Origin: Oopsacas minuta
Lineage: Eukaryota > Animalia > Porifera
Length of the DNA stretch: 64,000 nucleotides
Direction: 5' to 3'
Assembly (NCBI GenBank): GCA_024704765.1
Contig: JAKMXF010000304.1
Location: 102,847-166,846 of the forward strand
Shown here: positions 52,131 through 64,000 of the stretch, piece by piece
Layout of the letters: every line of letters starts with the position of its first letter
How positions within the stretch are numbered: position 1 is the stretch's first letter
The notes under the pieces: generated by a model
Seen by the model: only the letters and a program-made list of their open reading frames with translations
Database searches by the model: none
What the model was told of the DNA's origin: nothing
Position numbers and translations under genes: made by a program

Positions 52131-52630
52131 AGATTTTGTATTCATTTTTCTTAAGTCCCGAAAGCCAATTCTTAAATATAGTTTGATTGTATTTGAAGTT
52201 GTATTTTTAATGAATTATACAACGAATAATTTGAAGATTTCTAGCTACAGTAGAACCTTTCGAAGCGAGGAAATTGGGCTCCCAAGATTTCAACTTCTGC
52301 ATCTCCGCTTTGAAATGATGACTTAATTTGCCGGAAAATTAGTGCAGTTGAAACCTATTCTACTTCGCGAATCGGAAGAATCCAACATTCTTGGAATTTC
52401 AGTCATTTGTAATATTTTGCTTACCAATTTTATTTGCTTGTAGTCGGACAAAAAATACAAAAACGTCCCCATCCATAATTTAACATTATATAACTTTTCT
52501 AAATGAAGTGAATTTCATTTGGAGCTATAATAAATTGGTTGTTCTAATGTATGCAAACATTCTTGGAGAATTTCAGCTCATTTGTACTAGTTCTTGCTTA
52601 CCAGTTTATTTCTTGTAGTCGGACAAATAA

Positions 52631-54918
52631 CACAGGTCAAAAAAATTAACTTCATTTTCTCATCAAGTATTAGATTGACATTTTCTAAGCTAGTTTTTTA
52701 CGCTGAATTCAAATTTTCTTTCAAATTCTTTCCAGCACGTCCAGTTTTTTTTCCATCTACAAGTCAACGATTTTTATGTATTTCCTAAATTTTCCTGTTA
52801 TTTTATGGTAGTGGCTGTCTTTTTGTCTTCTTACATGATAGCCATCTGAAATAAATCAACGTTTCGATGTTTTAGATTAATGCCAAGATAATATCAGTTA
52901 TTATCCTAGCTCTTACATATAATTATTCACATTCATGCATGTATCAACTACTCACAAACTAAGGGGAAATACATATCCATCTAGAAGTATAAAGGTAGTT
53001 AACTAAATTAAAAGTGTTGAGAGTACGACTCCTTTTATATATCTTGTTGGGATTATCTCTGAAGAGCCTCTAACAGTAATCGGACATCATGCCCTCATTC
53101 CAGAAACCTTGGTACCGGGTTTCCATCTCCTGGTTATCTTGGTGGAATCTCTCACCCTATTCATCACTTACAGCACCAAGGTTCTCAGGGAAAAAATCAA
53201 GGTGAGAGTGCAAGAAGTAAAGTTTTAGTGACATGCGACAGCCCATCTTCTCGTATGCGTTAAGCAAGGTTTCCACTCCTTCTCTGTAGTTGGACGACTT
53301 CTTGTTGCCCAAAAGTTTTCACAAACCCATTTGAAAGAATTCCAAGCACTCATTTCTAATTCGGATAATGTCTTCTCGAAATCTGGATCTCTGAATACTT
53401 GTCTGGTTTGTGGTCCTACAAACACTCCCTCTTTTAACTTTGCCTCGCTTAGTTTCAGAAATTTGCCTACCAAATGCAGAAATCCTGCCGAATTTGTTCT
53501 GCCCATTGTTTTAACGAATGTTTTCATTAATTCAAGTTTAATATGAAGTGGGGGTAAGAAAACTTTGTTTGGATATACCAATGGCGAATGCTGTAAATAG
53601 GTTTTCCCCACTTCATAGGTTCTCTTCTGCCAATCACATTTTTTATAATGTTCACCAGTTGCTCGGCTGTCCCATAGACATAGGAAACAACAATACTTTG
53701 TAAAACCTTGTTGCAAGCCCATCAATAGCCCGATTATCTTAAGATCACCGCAGATATTCCATATATGTGTTCTATACTGTATTGCCTCCAAAACTTCCTG
53801 CAAATTGACGAAAGTTTCTTTGAGATAGACGGAGTGAGCAATTGGGACGCCCGGCTTTAGATTTCCGTTATGCAACAGAACAGCTTTCAAACTACGTTTT
53901 GACGAGTCGATGAAAAGGCGCCAATCAGAGGAAGAATGTTCTTGTAATAGGTTTGCATAGAGTCCTTCGATATCATTACAATAGCACAGTGGACCATCAG
54001 TGGTGTAGTATTGAGCGAGATCGAAATTTGGCTTGCGATAGTGGGATACTAGGACATCTTTGTCGAGTAGGTTTATCTGTTTGAGCCTGGATGGAAGGAG
54101 TTCAACTTTGTCTTTAGATAAGTCTAGATCCCTGACCAGGTCATTCAATTCTCCCTGTGTAAATGTTTGTGGCTCTAGTAATTCATCTTCCGGAACATAA
54201 TTAGCATCTGTAGAATTTGCATGAACATCTTCCACCATATCAGACCCGATTTTAATTTGGTGTGGCTTGGGAATTGGGATTGGTAATGAGATGTCGTGTG
54301 GAATTGGCCTGCGAGCAGAATCCAAGTCTGGGTAAACAAGAGCGTGCTTATTCTTGGCTGAGAATCCTGTAATGTCGATAAGGCAAAAGTAACAATCATC
54401 AAGGTGATTTTCTGTTCCCTCCAGACCATGAGTATTGCAAATGGCATTGAAACTTTCCTTTTGTTCAACCAATCATGTAGTCCACTTGAACAAGAAGTGC
54501 ATATAACATGTGGTGCCCACGACTTGTCTTGGTCACCAAGTGAACATTTGAAGTACACTTTGCATATGTTCTTTAATTGATTTGTGATTGGCCGTCTTTG
54601 TGATTTTACGCAAAAAAGACCACAAACGTAACAGAAATTGTCGGGATGAGTTCTACAATTACGATGCATGTTTATAATTTGATTTGCTTGAATTCTAATA
54701 AGTAAAGTCATTTATATTCCAGACAATTGAATCAAAATAGGCATGCTCATATAGCAATTTAGCAACTAGGTAATTCTATACTATTGAAAAAATGGATATT
54801 GGATTTCAGAATAACTAGACTTGCTAGAGAAATACTGATTGCAGATTCGAGTTCAGCATTCAAAAGTATGCTAAGATAAATGTATGTGATCTCTGATGAA
54901 AGATCTGGTTGAGTTGTG
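52631..54918 (-). mobile_element. Chapaev3 (CMC) element, full length (2288 bp)
   Basis: Ends CACAGGTCAA / rc CACAACTCAA; 3-bp TSD TAA (52628-52630 and 54919-54921). Removing it restores a ~170-bp tandem array. Confidence 0.85.
52960..54669 (-). pseudogene. Chapaev3 transposase pseudogene
   Basis: FCYVCG, WAPH..C..C, DCYFC, FIDSSKRSLKAVLLH, ICGDLK, LPPLHIKL and GERFHQD motifs; about two frameshifts and two stops. Confidence 0.92.
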
Positions 54919-56047
54919 TAATACAAAACGTCCCCATCCATAATTTAACATTATATAACTTTTCTAAATGAACTGAATATCATTTGGAAATATAATACCT
55001 TGGTTTTTCTAATCAATGCAAACATTCTTGGAAAATTTCAGCTCATTTGTAATAGTTCTTGTTTACCAGTTACTTGCTATAAACAGTATATGTGATTAAT
55101 GGAATCCATCCCAAAGTTTCCATATATTTTAATTTGGTTTATTTTGAATTCGTGGTGAATTCAAATTAACAAAATTAGTATAATGGATTCCTGTATCATA
55201 TTTGAGCCAATTTTCTTATGAGTATGAGTAAGCACTATTAAGACAGGTACAAATGAATACACTGCTTAGGAAGGGGTATTTCAAATGAGCTCAAATTTGC
55301 AGGATTATTAACTAACATAATTCAAACAATAATTGTAGTTCCAGTATAGAAATGAGATCACTACATTTGACAGTTAGTCCTATTATTCTTGGCTCATCTA
55401 GATGCACTTAATGGCCTCTTGTTGTAATAATAGTTCTGTTACCTGGCTTTTAGTTTGTAATATTTGCACTTCTTGCCTCGAGTAGTGTGAAATTCTCAAC
55501 AGATCTAAATTCGGGATATTTTTATTATTTTGTGCAGTTGTGATTACGTTATAATTCCATGATTAATTTGCATTTGGGCGAAACTATGACGTCATGGCAT
55601 TTCACATTTTGTGCGTACCTTTAATTCGCATTTAATTCTTCTGTCATATCTATATTGGCTGATCAGTGGGAAATAATGGGATTTTTCCAATGTCTCAAAT
55701 GGGACAATTACCTCATAATTTCGTCATTTCTTGGAATTTCATTGAAATCTCGATATTGTCCGAGCCAAGGCAAATTAGCTCTGTATGCCAAACGCATTTG
55801 GAGTTTTCGAGTTTCTTCCATCAATTCTGGACTTACCAACATGTTTTTATTGTCTTCGTTACATTTTCGTGTTTCTTTTCTTGATTTGTATTGACTTCCT
55901 TTTTTAGCAGTTTCTTATTGTCTTGATCAAGGAAGGGAGATAATACAAATGTAGTTGCAATTTCAATTTGTTCTTTATAGTGACAATGAAAACACAGTAT
56001 TGAATCTATCTTTACAGCCATTCAACTCGATATTTATTGATCCATTG

Positions 56048-56590
56048 CACTGTAGCAAATGAGTGAAAATAGGGTAAAATTTTGATGTACTCAAATCTGA
56101 ATAATTTTGTTTTTAGCAAAATTCCTTACTCCCTAAAACCTAGACAGCCAAATTTAGAGACTTCAATGTGTTGAGTAATTTTGCTCCAACAGAATGTATA
56201 TTTATGAGGCCAAAATAGAATTTAATATTTGTAGTAACCACACAAGTGTAATTGTAGTAAAAATGCTAGACTAGTGACAGTAAGCAAACATTGCTATTTC
56301 AATGTAAAGTATATGCACTTAGATGTATTTCTTTCATGTATCAGACCTTGGTTCTTAGTAGACTAAAGAAATTTTGTAAAATACTTTCCATTAGTTTCCG
56401 GCCTGTTCGGACGAGTTTTATTTTGCAGATATATTGTAGAAATATATCGTGGGCAAATGATTTTAAGATTTTTAATTAATGCTAAATCCATTAGCTCAAA
56501 TTTAACATAATTTTCAAGGGCCTGAAATGACGGGACGGTGACGATTTTTCAAATTCTATCTAGGCTTCTTGATATTTTTTGAAATTTCAC
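56048..56590 (+). mobile_element. Partial second copy of the Transib-type MITE at 3804
   Basis: High similarity to 3804-4349; left end CACTGTAGCAAATGAGTGAAAATAG; right part absent. Confidence 0.9.
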
Positions 56591-57765
56591 TCATATAGTA
56601 AATTATTGATACAATATCCTGAAAGTATAGGGATTTTTGATTGAAATTATCTATATTTCATACTCTGTATATATTTATTTTCCGGAATCTTTAACAGAAG
56701 GCTGATGGGGCGTGCCACGGCAGCCCCGTCATACTCTACGCCTATGCGTGTTTATCCATATCGTACTGATGGAACTGTGTCCCCATCCAGGTACATTGGA
56801 CTCTGGTTAGCTCCTAACCATTAGGCGGTATGAATAGTACTCCTTACTGGTGACATTTTCCTCCCTTTTGGTGAGGTATATTTAACTGCCAGCCATCTTC
56901 ATCTGAATTAAAGAGAAGAACATAAAGCAATTCATCATAAGCGCGGTAGTTTCCAGTTATCCTAGTCAGTCCGCCTGAACGCGCTTGCAAAACCTTGTCT
57001 CTGCTGGGTTACTCCTCCCCATAGCCTACACCTGGCATAATGGCAGCTAGGATGGCATTATAGGCGTACTATCCCATTGAGAGTTAGGAGTCCCCTCTGA
57101 ATATATAACCATCTCACGTTATTCTGCCCTTCTTCGCGCATCTCCTATATGCCATGTCTATTTAAAGGAATGTATCCCTATATTGATACTTTACTTCCTT
57201 ATCATCAATCTCGGGGAGAAATGTATTTAAAGGACAAAATTTTCATAGTTTCATCATACTTTATTTGAAAATATTGATGATAAATATAACCGTGCGGTGA
57301 TGTAAAATTTTGTCATTTGCTATTTAATATTGTCAACTCATCAGTTAGCAAATATTCTTTAAACAATTTCAGAATGGGAAATTTTAGTTTCAAGTGAAAA
57401 ACGCTTTACCTATTAACGATCAATAACTAGCCACTTGTGCTGAAATGGATTAAATTTTCTCTATTGTTTGCATTAAATACTCAATTTTTACACTTGCAAT
57501 TCAAATTAGTTAGCTGCTATCTTATACTATTCTCTATTATCAGCTAAATTTCACTAATACATGAATAATAACAAGGATTCAGTTATACTACATGCCGCTC
57601 TGCGCTCCTTCAAGCCCACTCTATTATTAATGATATGAAACGATTTATAGCCTCCAATTTATTGAGGAATCAGATGTCTATTTATATCTCGAAGGAGACT
57701 GAATTTTGTAAATATTTTCCTATTTTAAGTTACAACAAGTAATATTACATATATATATACATATA

Positions 57766-58793
57766 CTACGGGCGTTCAATAAATTCTGATCACTGTGTTA
57801 CTGTGGGGATTTATAACACAACAATAATATATTGATAGTTGAATATGAATACTTAATCCTCTGTCTACAAGCTAGTATTGATTTTTCATTATCGCTTAAA
57901 ACTCAACAAGTTCTATCAAATTTTACAACTGGTGTTTTTATACTATAACTTTATGACATCACTGGCAAGAAATTCTAAAATCGAGCAAGGAGCTTATGTC
58001 AAGATTCGTACTCTCCTCGGGAAATCTGCCTACGAGATACATCTTGATTTGGTTCAAGTCTATACTACGAAAGGTGTTCTGTCTTATGCAGGAGTCAGAA
58101 GATGGGCTCAGCGTTTCAGGCTTGGGAAGAAAGTCTATCGTAGATGACCCTCTGCCTGGAGCACCAATTACGGCTGCATCTCTGATTAAATCATGTGGTA
58201 TCAAGGAACTGATAGACTTAGACCCACATATTACTATCAGGGAACTTTCTAATAGTGTTGGCATCTCGATGGGAAGTGTAGACCGGCCCAGTGGCCCAAG
58301 TGATAATTCCAAAGAGACAAACTGTTACTGGAAACTTCTATATTAGTAATTGTCTTGGTGCAGTGGAAGAAAGCTTGTTGAAGAGGAGAAAAGGAATGGC
58401 CCTAAAGGGTTGAGATTATTACATGATAATGCCCGTCCTCACAAAACCAAGCAAGTCAAGAAAAAATCTTAAGGATGGGGATGATTGAGCTTGAACATCC
58501 ACCCTACAGCCCAGATCTAGCTCCTTGTGATTTCTATCTCTTCCCTAAGCTTAAGGAATACCTCTCTGGTCGTCATTTTAGCAACAGCGCAGAACTGGGA
58601 TCGGCGATTTTCCAGTATCTCAAATGGATACAGCTGGAAGACTATAAAAATATTTTGTACAATGATTGGAGCGTCTTCAACGCAGTATAAATGGTGGGGA
58701 GTATTTCGAAAAAATTAAACACTGATTGTTTGTGTACAACATAGTTTTGGCTACTTTTGGGGGTAGTGATCAGAACTTATTGAACACCCGTAG
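57766..58793 (+). mobile_element. Internally deleted mariner element
   Basis: 29-bp TIR CTACGGG(C/T)GTTCAATAA(A/G)TTCTGATCACT, TA TSD; HDNARPH and HPPYSPDLAPCDF motifs. Confidence 0.92.
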
Positions 58794-59074
58794 TATATAT
58801 ATATATATACATTTCTTTCAGATCATTGTCTGTTGTTGTTCGATGTGTTATAATGTGGCTAGAGGTCAAATCCAATCATTTTCGCGAGTCTCTGCAGTCT
58901 CACAAGACTTTTTGTATTTCCTATATGAAATGAATGCATAAATTTTGGTTTTGCTACCGTCCTCAAAGAACAATTGGACATTATTCTTAGTACGTGATTC
59001 GTTTTCAACGTAAAAATTGCGCAATGTTTCAAATTTTTAGAGTTTCAAGAATAACTAAACTGAGTCCGCAGATA

Positions 59075-59988
59075 CGCGAAGTGGACAAAAGTATTTCGAC
59101 ACCCAAATATATTGTCATAAATTGTATACTCTTTCCCGCTCCTATATATTGTATAGTCTATATTCGTAGCTGCAATCTAGTAATTTGCATGGAATAACAT
59201 ATGTTTCTCACGAATTTTAAAAAAATATTTTCGATTTGCACTTTTTGAAGGTGCTAATTATTAATAATTATTAGATAATTATTGATATTCAAAATATGTG
59301 GTAATTAAATCCTATTAAGAATCTATAATTTCTGAGTTGATATTTGAATTCTACGTAGGCGAGTTACCCCAGATTGAAATTTCCACTAAGATTGAACAAT
59401 TTTTACCAAGTTATAGATGAATTTCAGTCTATGCAGTTTGTGCCACTTTTTGCCCAAGGTGGCACAAGTGGTCGCTACCAAGAGGTTATTTTAGAATTCA
59501 AGGGTTAGCATAGTCATATCATTCGAAAATATTACTTCGACTTATTCCTCCTAACCCTAGTTGATTCCTTGTAGTGGCGCTTTTTCCTGCCACCTGTGCC
59601 ACTTTTTGAAAAAAGTGGCACAAATGGGACAAATTGAAATTCTTCTATAACTCTGGTAAAAATTATTCAATCCTATTGGAAATCTCAATCTGGGGTAACT
59701 CGCCTACGTAGAAATCAAGTATCAAGTCAGAAATTATAGATTCTTAATAGGCTTTGAATTACCACATATTTTGAATATCAATAATTATCTAATAATTATT
59801 AATAATTAGCACCTTCAAAAAGTGCAAATCGAAATTTTTTTTTGAAATTCGTGAGAAACATATGTTATTCTATGCAAATTACTAGATAGCAGCTACGAAT
59901 ATAGACTACACAATATATAGGAGCGGGAAGAGTATACAATTTATGACAATATATTTGGGTGTTGAAATACTTTTGTCCACTTAGTGTG
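59075..59988. mobile_element. Tc1-type fold-back MITE, copy 2
   Basis: Same family as 29029-29903; long inverted arms; TA flanks. Confidence 0.9.
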
Positions 59989-60726
59989 TATCCAAATAGA
60001 CTCTCTTAGTTTCTCTTTTTTTGACGACGGTATACTAGCCAAATATATGCATTCATTATTCACATTAATTATCAATATTGTTGGGAAACCTCACTATCTC
60101 ACCTAATTGATTTTAGCACTTCAAACAACATTTCCGAACGGGCAATCATCATAAAGAATTGAAGATTTTCTCTACTCTAGAATATAAATTCACTAATACA
60201 ATATTTTGTACCAGTTATTTTTCAATTAACTTAAAATGGGAATATTGGGATATTAGGTATATGCTACAAGTTTGTAACTGCATTTCGCCATTGCATTGAA
60301 GATTTTAGAGCCCTAAGTGAATATTGGCCATAATATATGATTCACGTAACTACTAAAATTATCTCTAGAACTTGCCAACATTGTCCTTACATATTCTTGA
60401 TGTTTGTTTGGGAACATCCCTGGTATGCTATTTTGTACCCCTAAATCTTTTTATATGTTCTCTTTGGAGATTCAATATTTGAGAATTTCCTAACGTGTGC
60501 TATGTAAGAAACAAAGGATGTGTTGTTTCTGTCTTGAAATACTATGTATATATAAATTGTGAATTTTCTCAGGTTTCAATGATACCCCAATTAGACAAAA
60601 CCTGCCATTTAAATATATTCTATTATGACTTACATTTTTAATGGACTTCGGATTTATCCTTATTCCAAAATTTTAATCAGCAATTGGCATTTATAACGGA
60701 AGTTACAGGATGCTGATATAATACTA

Positions 60727-61524
60727 CAGTGGGTTCTCCAAATTACGGACTCTTTGGTGCCATAGCTTCTGTCTGTTGTAGAGAATTGTCCGCTTCTCGG
60801 AGACAGCTCCATTTTATAATTAAAACACTTAATATGTGTCATTATGTCTACAGTTTTGCATGTATTAAAGTTGAATAGGTACGGGAGAAGTCACAAGTCT
60901 TTTTATGCTGTGATAAGAATGAATATAATATAGAGTAATGACTGATGAGCAACGTAATGATAATTGAATTGCTTTATACTCTATATATATTATAATGAGT
61001 GCGCAAATATGTCAAGAAGGTAACTTTGTCTACTGGTTGACACTTGCAAACTAGCTACAGTATTTATTGTGGTGCCAATGCCCATAGCCACAATTTTTGG
61101 GAAGAGAAGTAAATACAGGATATACTGGGGTTACGGAGAGAAAGAAGACAGAGGAATAGGTTACGAACTGGAAATCCCATGTGTGTACCGCCTTTATGGA
61201 CCCAAAGTTTACATTGGCAAGATGAAAGAATGTTGAAGACTTGAGAGACATGGAACTTGTATACCACTCATATTATTATGTAAATTTCGTGATATCACTG
61301 AAAATTATTGGTTACACTTTCAGGTTTGTCCGTTCTTGGGAGATTACTTTGCATTAAGACACCATTCGGGGACAGTTCCCTGTTCGTTGTTCAGAATTCG
61401 AAGTTGTCCGCTCCTCGAGGACTGCTTTGGTATTATATGCTTGGCAAATTCAATCCGTCCCACGAGTTTGTCCGTTGTAAGGGGTTGTCAGCTTCTCGGA
61501 GTGTCCGTTTTGGAGACTCCACTG
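60727..61524. mobile_element. pogo-like non-autonomous element carrying a HIRAN-like ORF remnant
   Basis: TIRs CAGTGG(GT/AG)TCTCCAAA, TA TSD; internal remnant FLGREVNTG..VT.EK..RGIGYELEIPCVYRLYGP at ~61085-61240. Confidence 0.75.
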
Positions 61525-61772
61525 TAGTACACAATATTGAGATTTACTCCAAAATATTCTTCATCAATTTCACAATTATTGTTTTATATATAAAAATCCC
61601 TAATTTTATGTATATGCCATTATGATATAATTCGTTAATTCATAAAGCTATGCCATATCACGTAAACCATCTGACTCAATATATCAAATTCTATGACAAA
61701 CCTCATTCGGGACATACTTTATTTTCTCCCTTTTACATGTCGTCATGTTACTTGATATTCTCATATATTTAG

Positions 61773-62144
61773 GCGATAGAACTTTCTGGGTCCCAAAGAA
61801 AATTTGATATTAGCACCACCCCTTCTACTATCGGTCTACACTCCTCTCATCCAGATCAATTATCTTGGATACTGATTAAAGAGAAGGTACCTCTCATTAT
61901 TCACGATCTATTTGGAATCCGTCGTGAATTACACTCTCTAAAAGTAATGAATCTCAAATTTCAAGCTGATTACCTTCATAGTATTCAATCTACACATAAT
62001 TGTATACTTTCAGAAATTTACAATGCCTTAGAGAACACATCCTTTCCAACTTTTAACAGTATTCCAGATTTTCGGATTGAAAGGCAGAAGATTCATTCTA
62101 AAGAGAGTAATTACTTCAACCAATCTCTGGATATCTATACAGAG
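61773..62144 (+). CDS. Host gene, internal exon (124 codons); SRCIN1/SKT/Bud6-like coiled-coil core
   Basis: AG acceptor at 61771-61772, GT donor at 62145, phase 0/0, no stops. IRRELHSLKVMNLKFQ and FRIERQKI..KESNYFNQSLDIYTE resemble SRCIN1 LRAQLQQLRKLQLQNQ and LQRQRTLVEEERLRYLNDEELITQQ, recalled from memory. Confidence 0.62.
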
Positions 62145-62344
62145 GTACAATTCATTTTTATATGAACATTTTTAACATCTATCCATGTGTATTAGTCTTA
62201 TTTGCTTTTCTTCTATGACCGCTCATCACTAAACCCCGAATTTTAATTCTACTCCCACATTTCACATACTTGAAATTTTCTTGTCAAAATACTCATCCAT
62301 TTTCGATATATAACTTTATAACTCTATTAGCCACTCCAAAAATA

Positions 62345-63830
62345 TTCTGAGTGCCCGAAGGTTTGGAGGGGCCCAATATTTATATAATTTTATGTTTTCC
62401 TGCTATTATTTCCTCTCTAACCATTATAGATTTTTGAGTTTCCAATAATAAAAACTTAACATACATTTATTTGCCAATTCTATGTACAAATAATCATATT
62501 TACATCAAGTGAATACTACTCTGAATTTGAAATTGGTTCAAATAAAGGAAATTTGCAAATTGTAATGAGCTGAGAATCATCCATGGAGATCATTGAATAG
62601 TTGCCAACATTTCTAGAAGCGCTGTGTGCAACATAATTCCAAAGTGGAAACTGACTGGATCAGCATAGGTACTTTCTAGTTTAAGTAGGCCGTCTAGGTT
62701 AACTCTCCGAGTTCTTCGATCCCTAACAAGGATAGTTCGTACCAATCGACGTGATTCATCCTTCGAGATCGCTTCATAACTTGCTGAATATATTCCTCAA
62801 CCTGTCTCAGCTCTTACCATAAGGAGTGGATTGAAACGTATTCGTACAGTAGCTGTACGGCGTCTTATAAAGCATTCATCTCAAAGGTAAATCTAGTTCG
62901 TCGGACTACCTTCGCCAGAGTTGTGCTCAAGTGGGAGCCAGAAAAGATATCCCAAGTGGTCTGGAGTGATGAAAGTCGCTTTACATTGTTCCGCCACGAT
63001 GGTAGGGTACATTTGGAGACTCCCGAATGCAAAATATATTCCAGACTGCCTTGTTCCGAAGACACAGGGAACTGGATGGTCTGTAATAATTTGGGTCTCA
63101 TTCTTTGTAACAGTTTGAGTCCCTGTAATGTTTGTAAAAACAAAGTTAGCGCAGATGTGTACATCAACAGTATATTTCCAATTAGTCTCTTACCATTTAC
63201 CATGGAAAACAAGTACAAGTACTCCAATCTTGCGTACCAACAAGAAACGCCCCGGCACATACTTTAATTGACACGGGCTTGGTTCGTCAAAATGCTATCG
63301 AAAATTTAACCTGGCCAGCTCAATCACTTGATCTAAATCCCATTGAGAACATTTGGGATTAGTTAGAACTACATATACGTTCTGAAAAGCCTCCTACAAC
63401 TCTAGAAGAATTTCCCAGGTATTTGTGGAAGAATGGGATAAAGTTCTGAAAATCGCTGATCAATCGGCTTGTTGAATGTATGTTGAGAAGGATGGAGGCA
63501 GTTGTGAAATCAAAAGGAATGTCAACTAAGTAATGAATTCTTAAAGTGTACTAAGTAGGGGGTATTTGAGAAAATTTTCAGGGGCTAATCAAGGTTTCAT
63601 AAATTAGAGGGAAGCATAGTTTGTATCTAAAGTGCATAATATGACGATTGCTCAGGGGGGCAAAATGCCCCACCATCAAATCATGTAGAGAAAACTCTGC
63701 TAAGTGTAGTTCATAATAATTTCCGAAAACTGTTGTAGTGAATAATATAATCATTGAATTATTACTGTATAGTAATATATTTACTAATTATTATTAATGT
63801 AAGGTGTCTCCAAACTTTAGCCACCCAGTC
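62345..63830 (+). mobile_element. Degenerate Tc1-like element
   Basis: VVWSDESRFTLFRHDGR and WPAQSLDLNPIENIW motifs; decayed TIRs; boundaries approximate. Confidence 0.75.
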
Positions 63831-63915
63831 TATATTTGAATAATCTGCAGCAATAAATCATCATTCCACTGTACTAACACATATGAAACTTTTCTCTTAG
63901 AGAAGAGCGATTATA

Positions 63916-64000
63916 TACTCTAAGTGGACAAAAGTATTTCAAAACACAATATATTGTCATAAATTGTATACTCTTTCCCGCTCCTATATATTGTGTAGTC
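63916..64000. mobile_element. Tc1-type fold-back MITE, copy 3 (cut by the window end)
   Basis: TAAGTGGACAAAAGTATTTC..ATATATTGTCATAAATTG matches the start of copy 2. Confidence 0.88.

Larger units (their letters stand above)
49416..55382 (+). mobile_element. hAT-like element (probably hATm/hATw type) with ~210-bp TIRs, hosting a Chapaev3
   Basis: 49416-49625 is the reverse complement of 55180-55382 (TAGGGCTAACTGTC / TAGGACTAACTGTC). TSD not clean. Confidence 0.6.

Noticed and set aside
52460-55072. Direct repeats flanking the Chapaev as LTRs or a composite transposon
   Set aside because: They are explained as tandem-array units separated by the Chapaev3 insertion.
56760-57200. GC-richer patch, possibly a LINE 5' region
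   Set aside because: No reverse transcriptase or endonuclease motif is visible.

Overview
AT-rich eukaryotic DNA, probably from an invertebrate metazoan (inference from the TE families, GT-AG introns and absence of operons). It is almost entirely nested DNA transposons: Transib/RAG1-like, MULE, hAT, Chapaev, Tc1/mariner/pogo, Helitron-like and a tRNA-derived SINE head. One host gene is detectable, as two exons of a SRCIN1/SKT/Bud6 (AIP3-domain)-like protein at 25854-26363 and 61773-62144. The main result is a RAG1-like transposon system: four transposase-bearing elements (A 12803-25205, B 14925-~20755, C 16040-19651, D 38024-42038) and two non-autonomous derivatives. Their ends are bipartite and RSS-like, with a CACAGTG heptamer, a spacer and a conserved 9-mer. 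The spacer is 10 nt at the 5' end and 19 nt at the 3' end, and 5-bp TSDs are seen at several insertions. Element C is complete and nearly intact. Its ~717-aa product has a RAG1 NBD-like segment, the full DDE/zinc core and a C-terminal Cx2Cx3GH knuckle, the gene has a 64-nt intron, and no RAG2-like partner is visible. The second highlight is a 1353-bp apparently perfect inverted duplication of a MULE transposase (21276-24028), reminiscent of maize Mu killer, although an assembly artefact is not excluded. All family assignments come from motifs read by eye; no database search was run.
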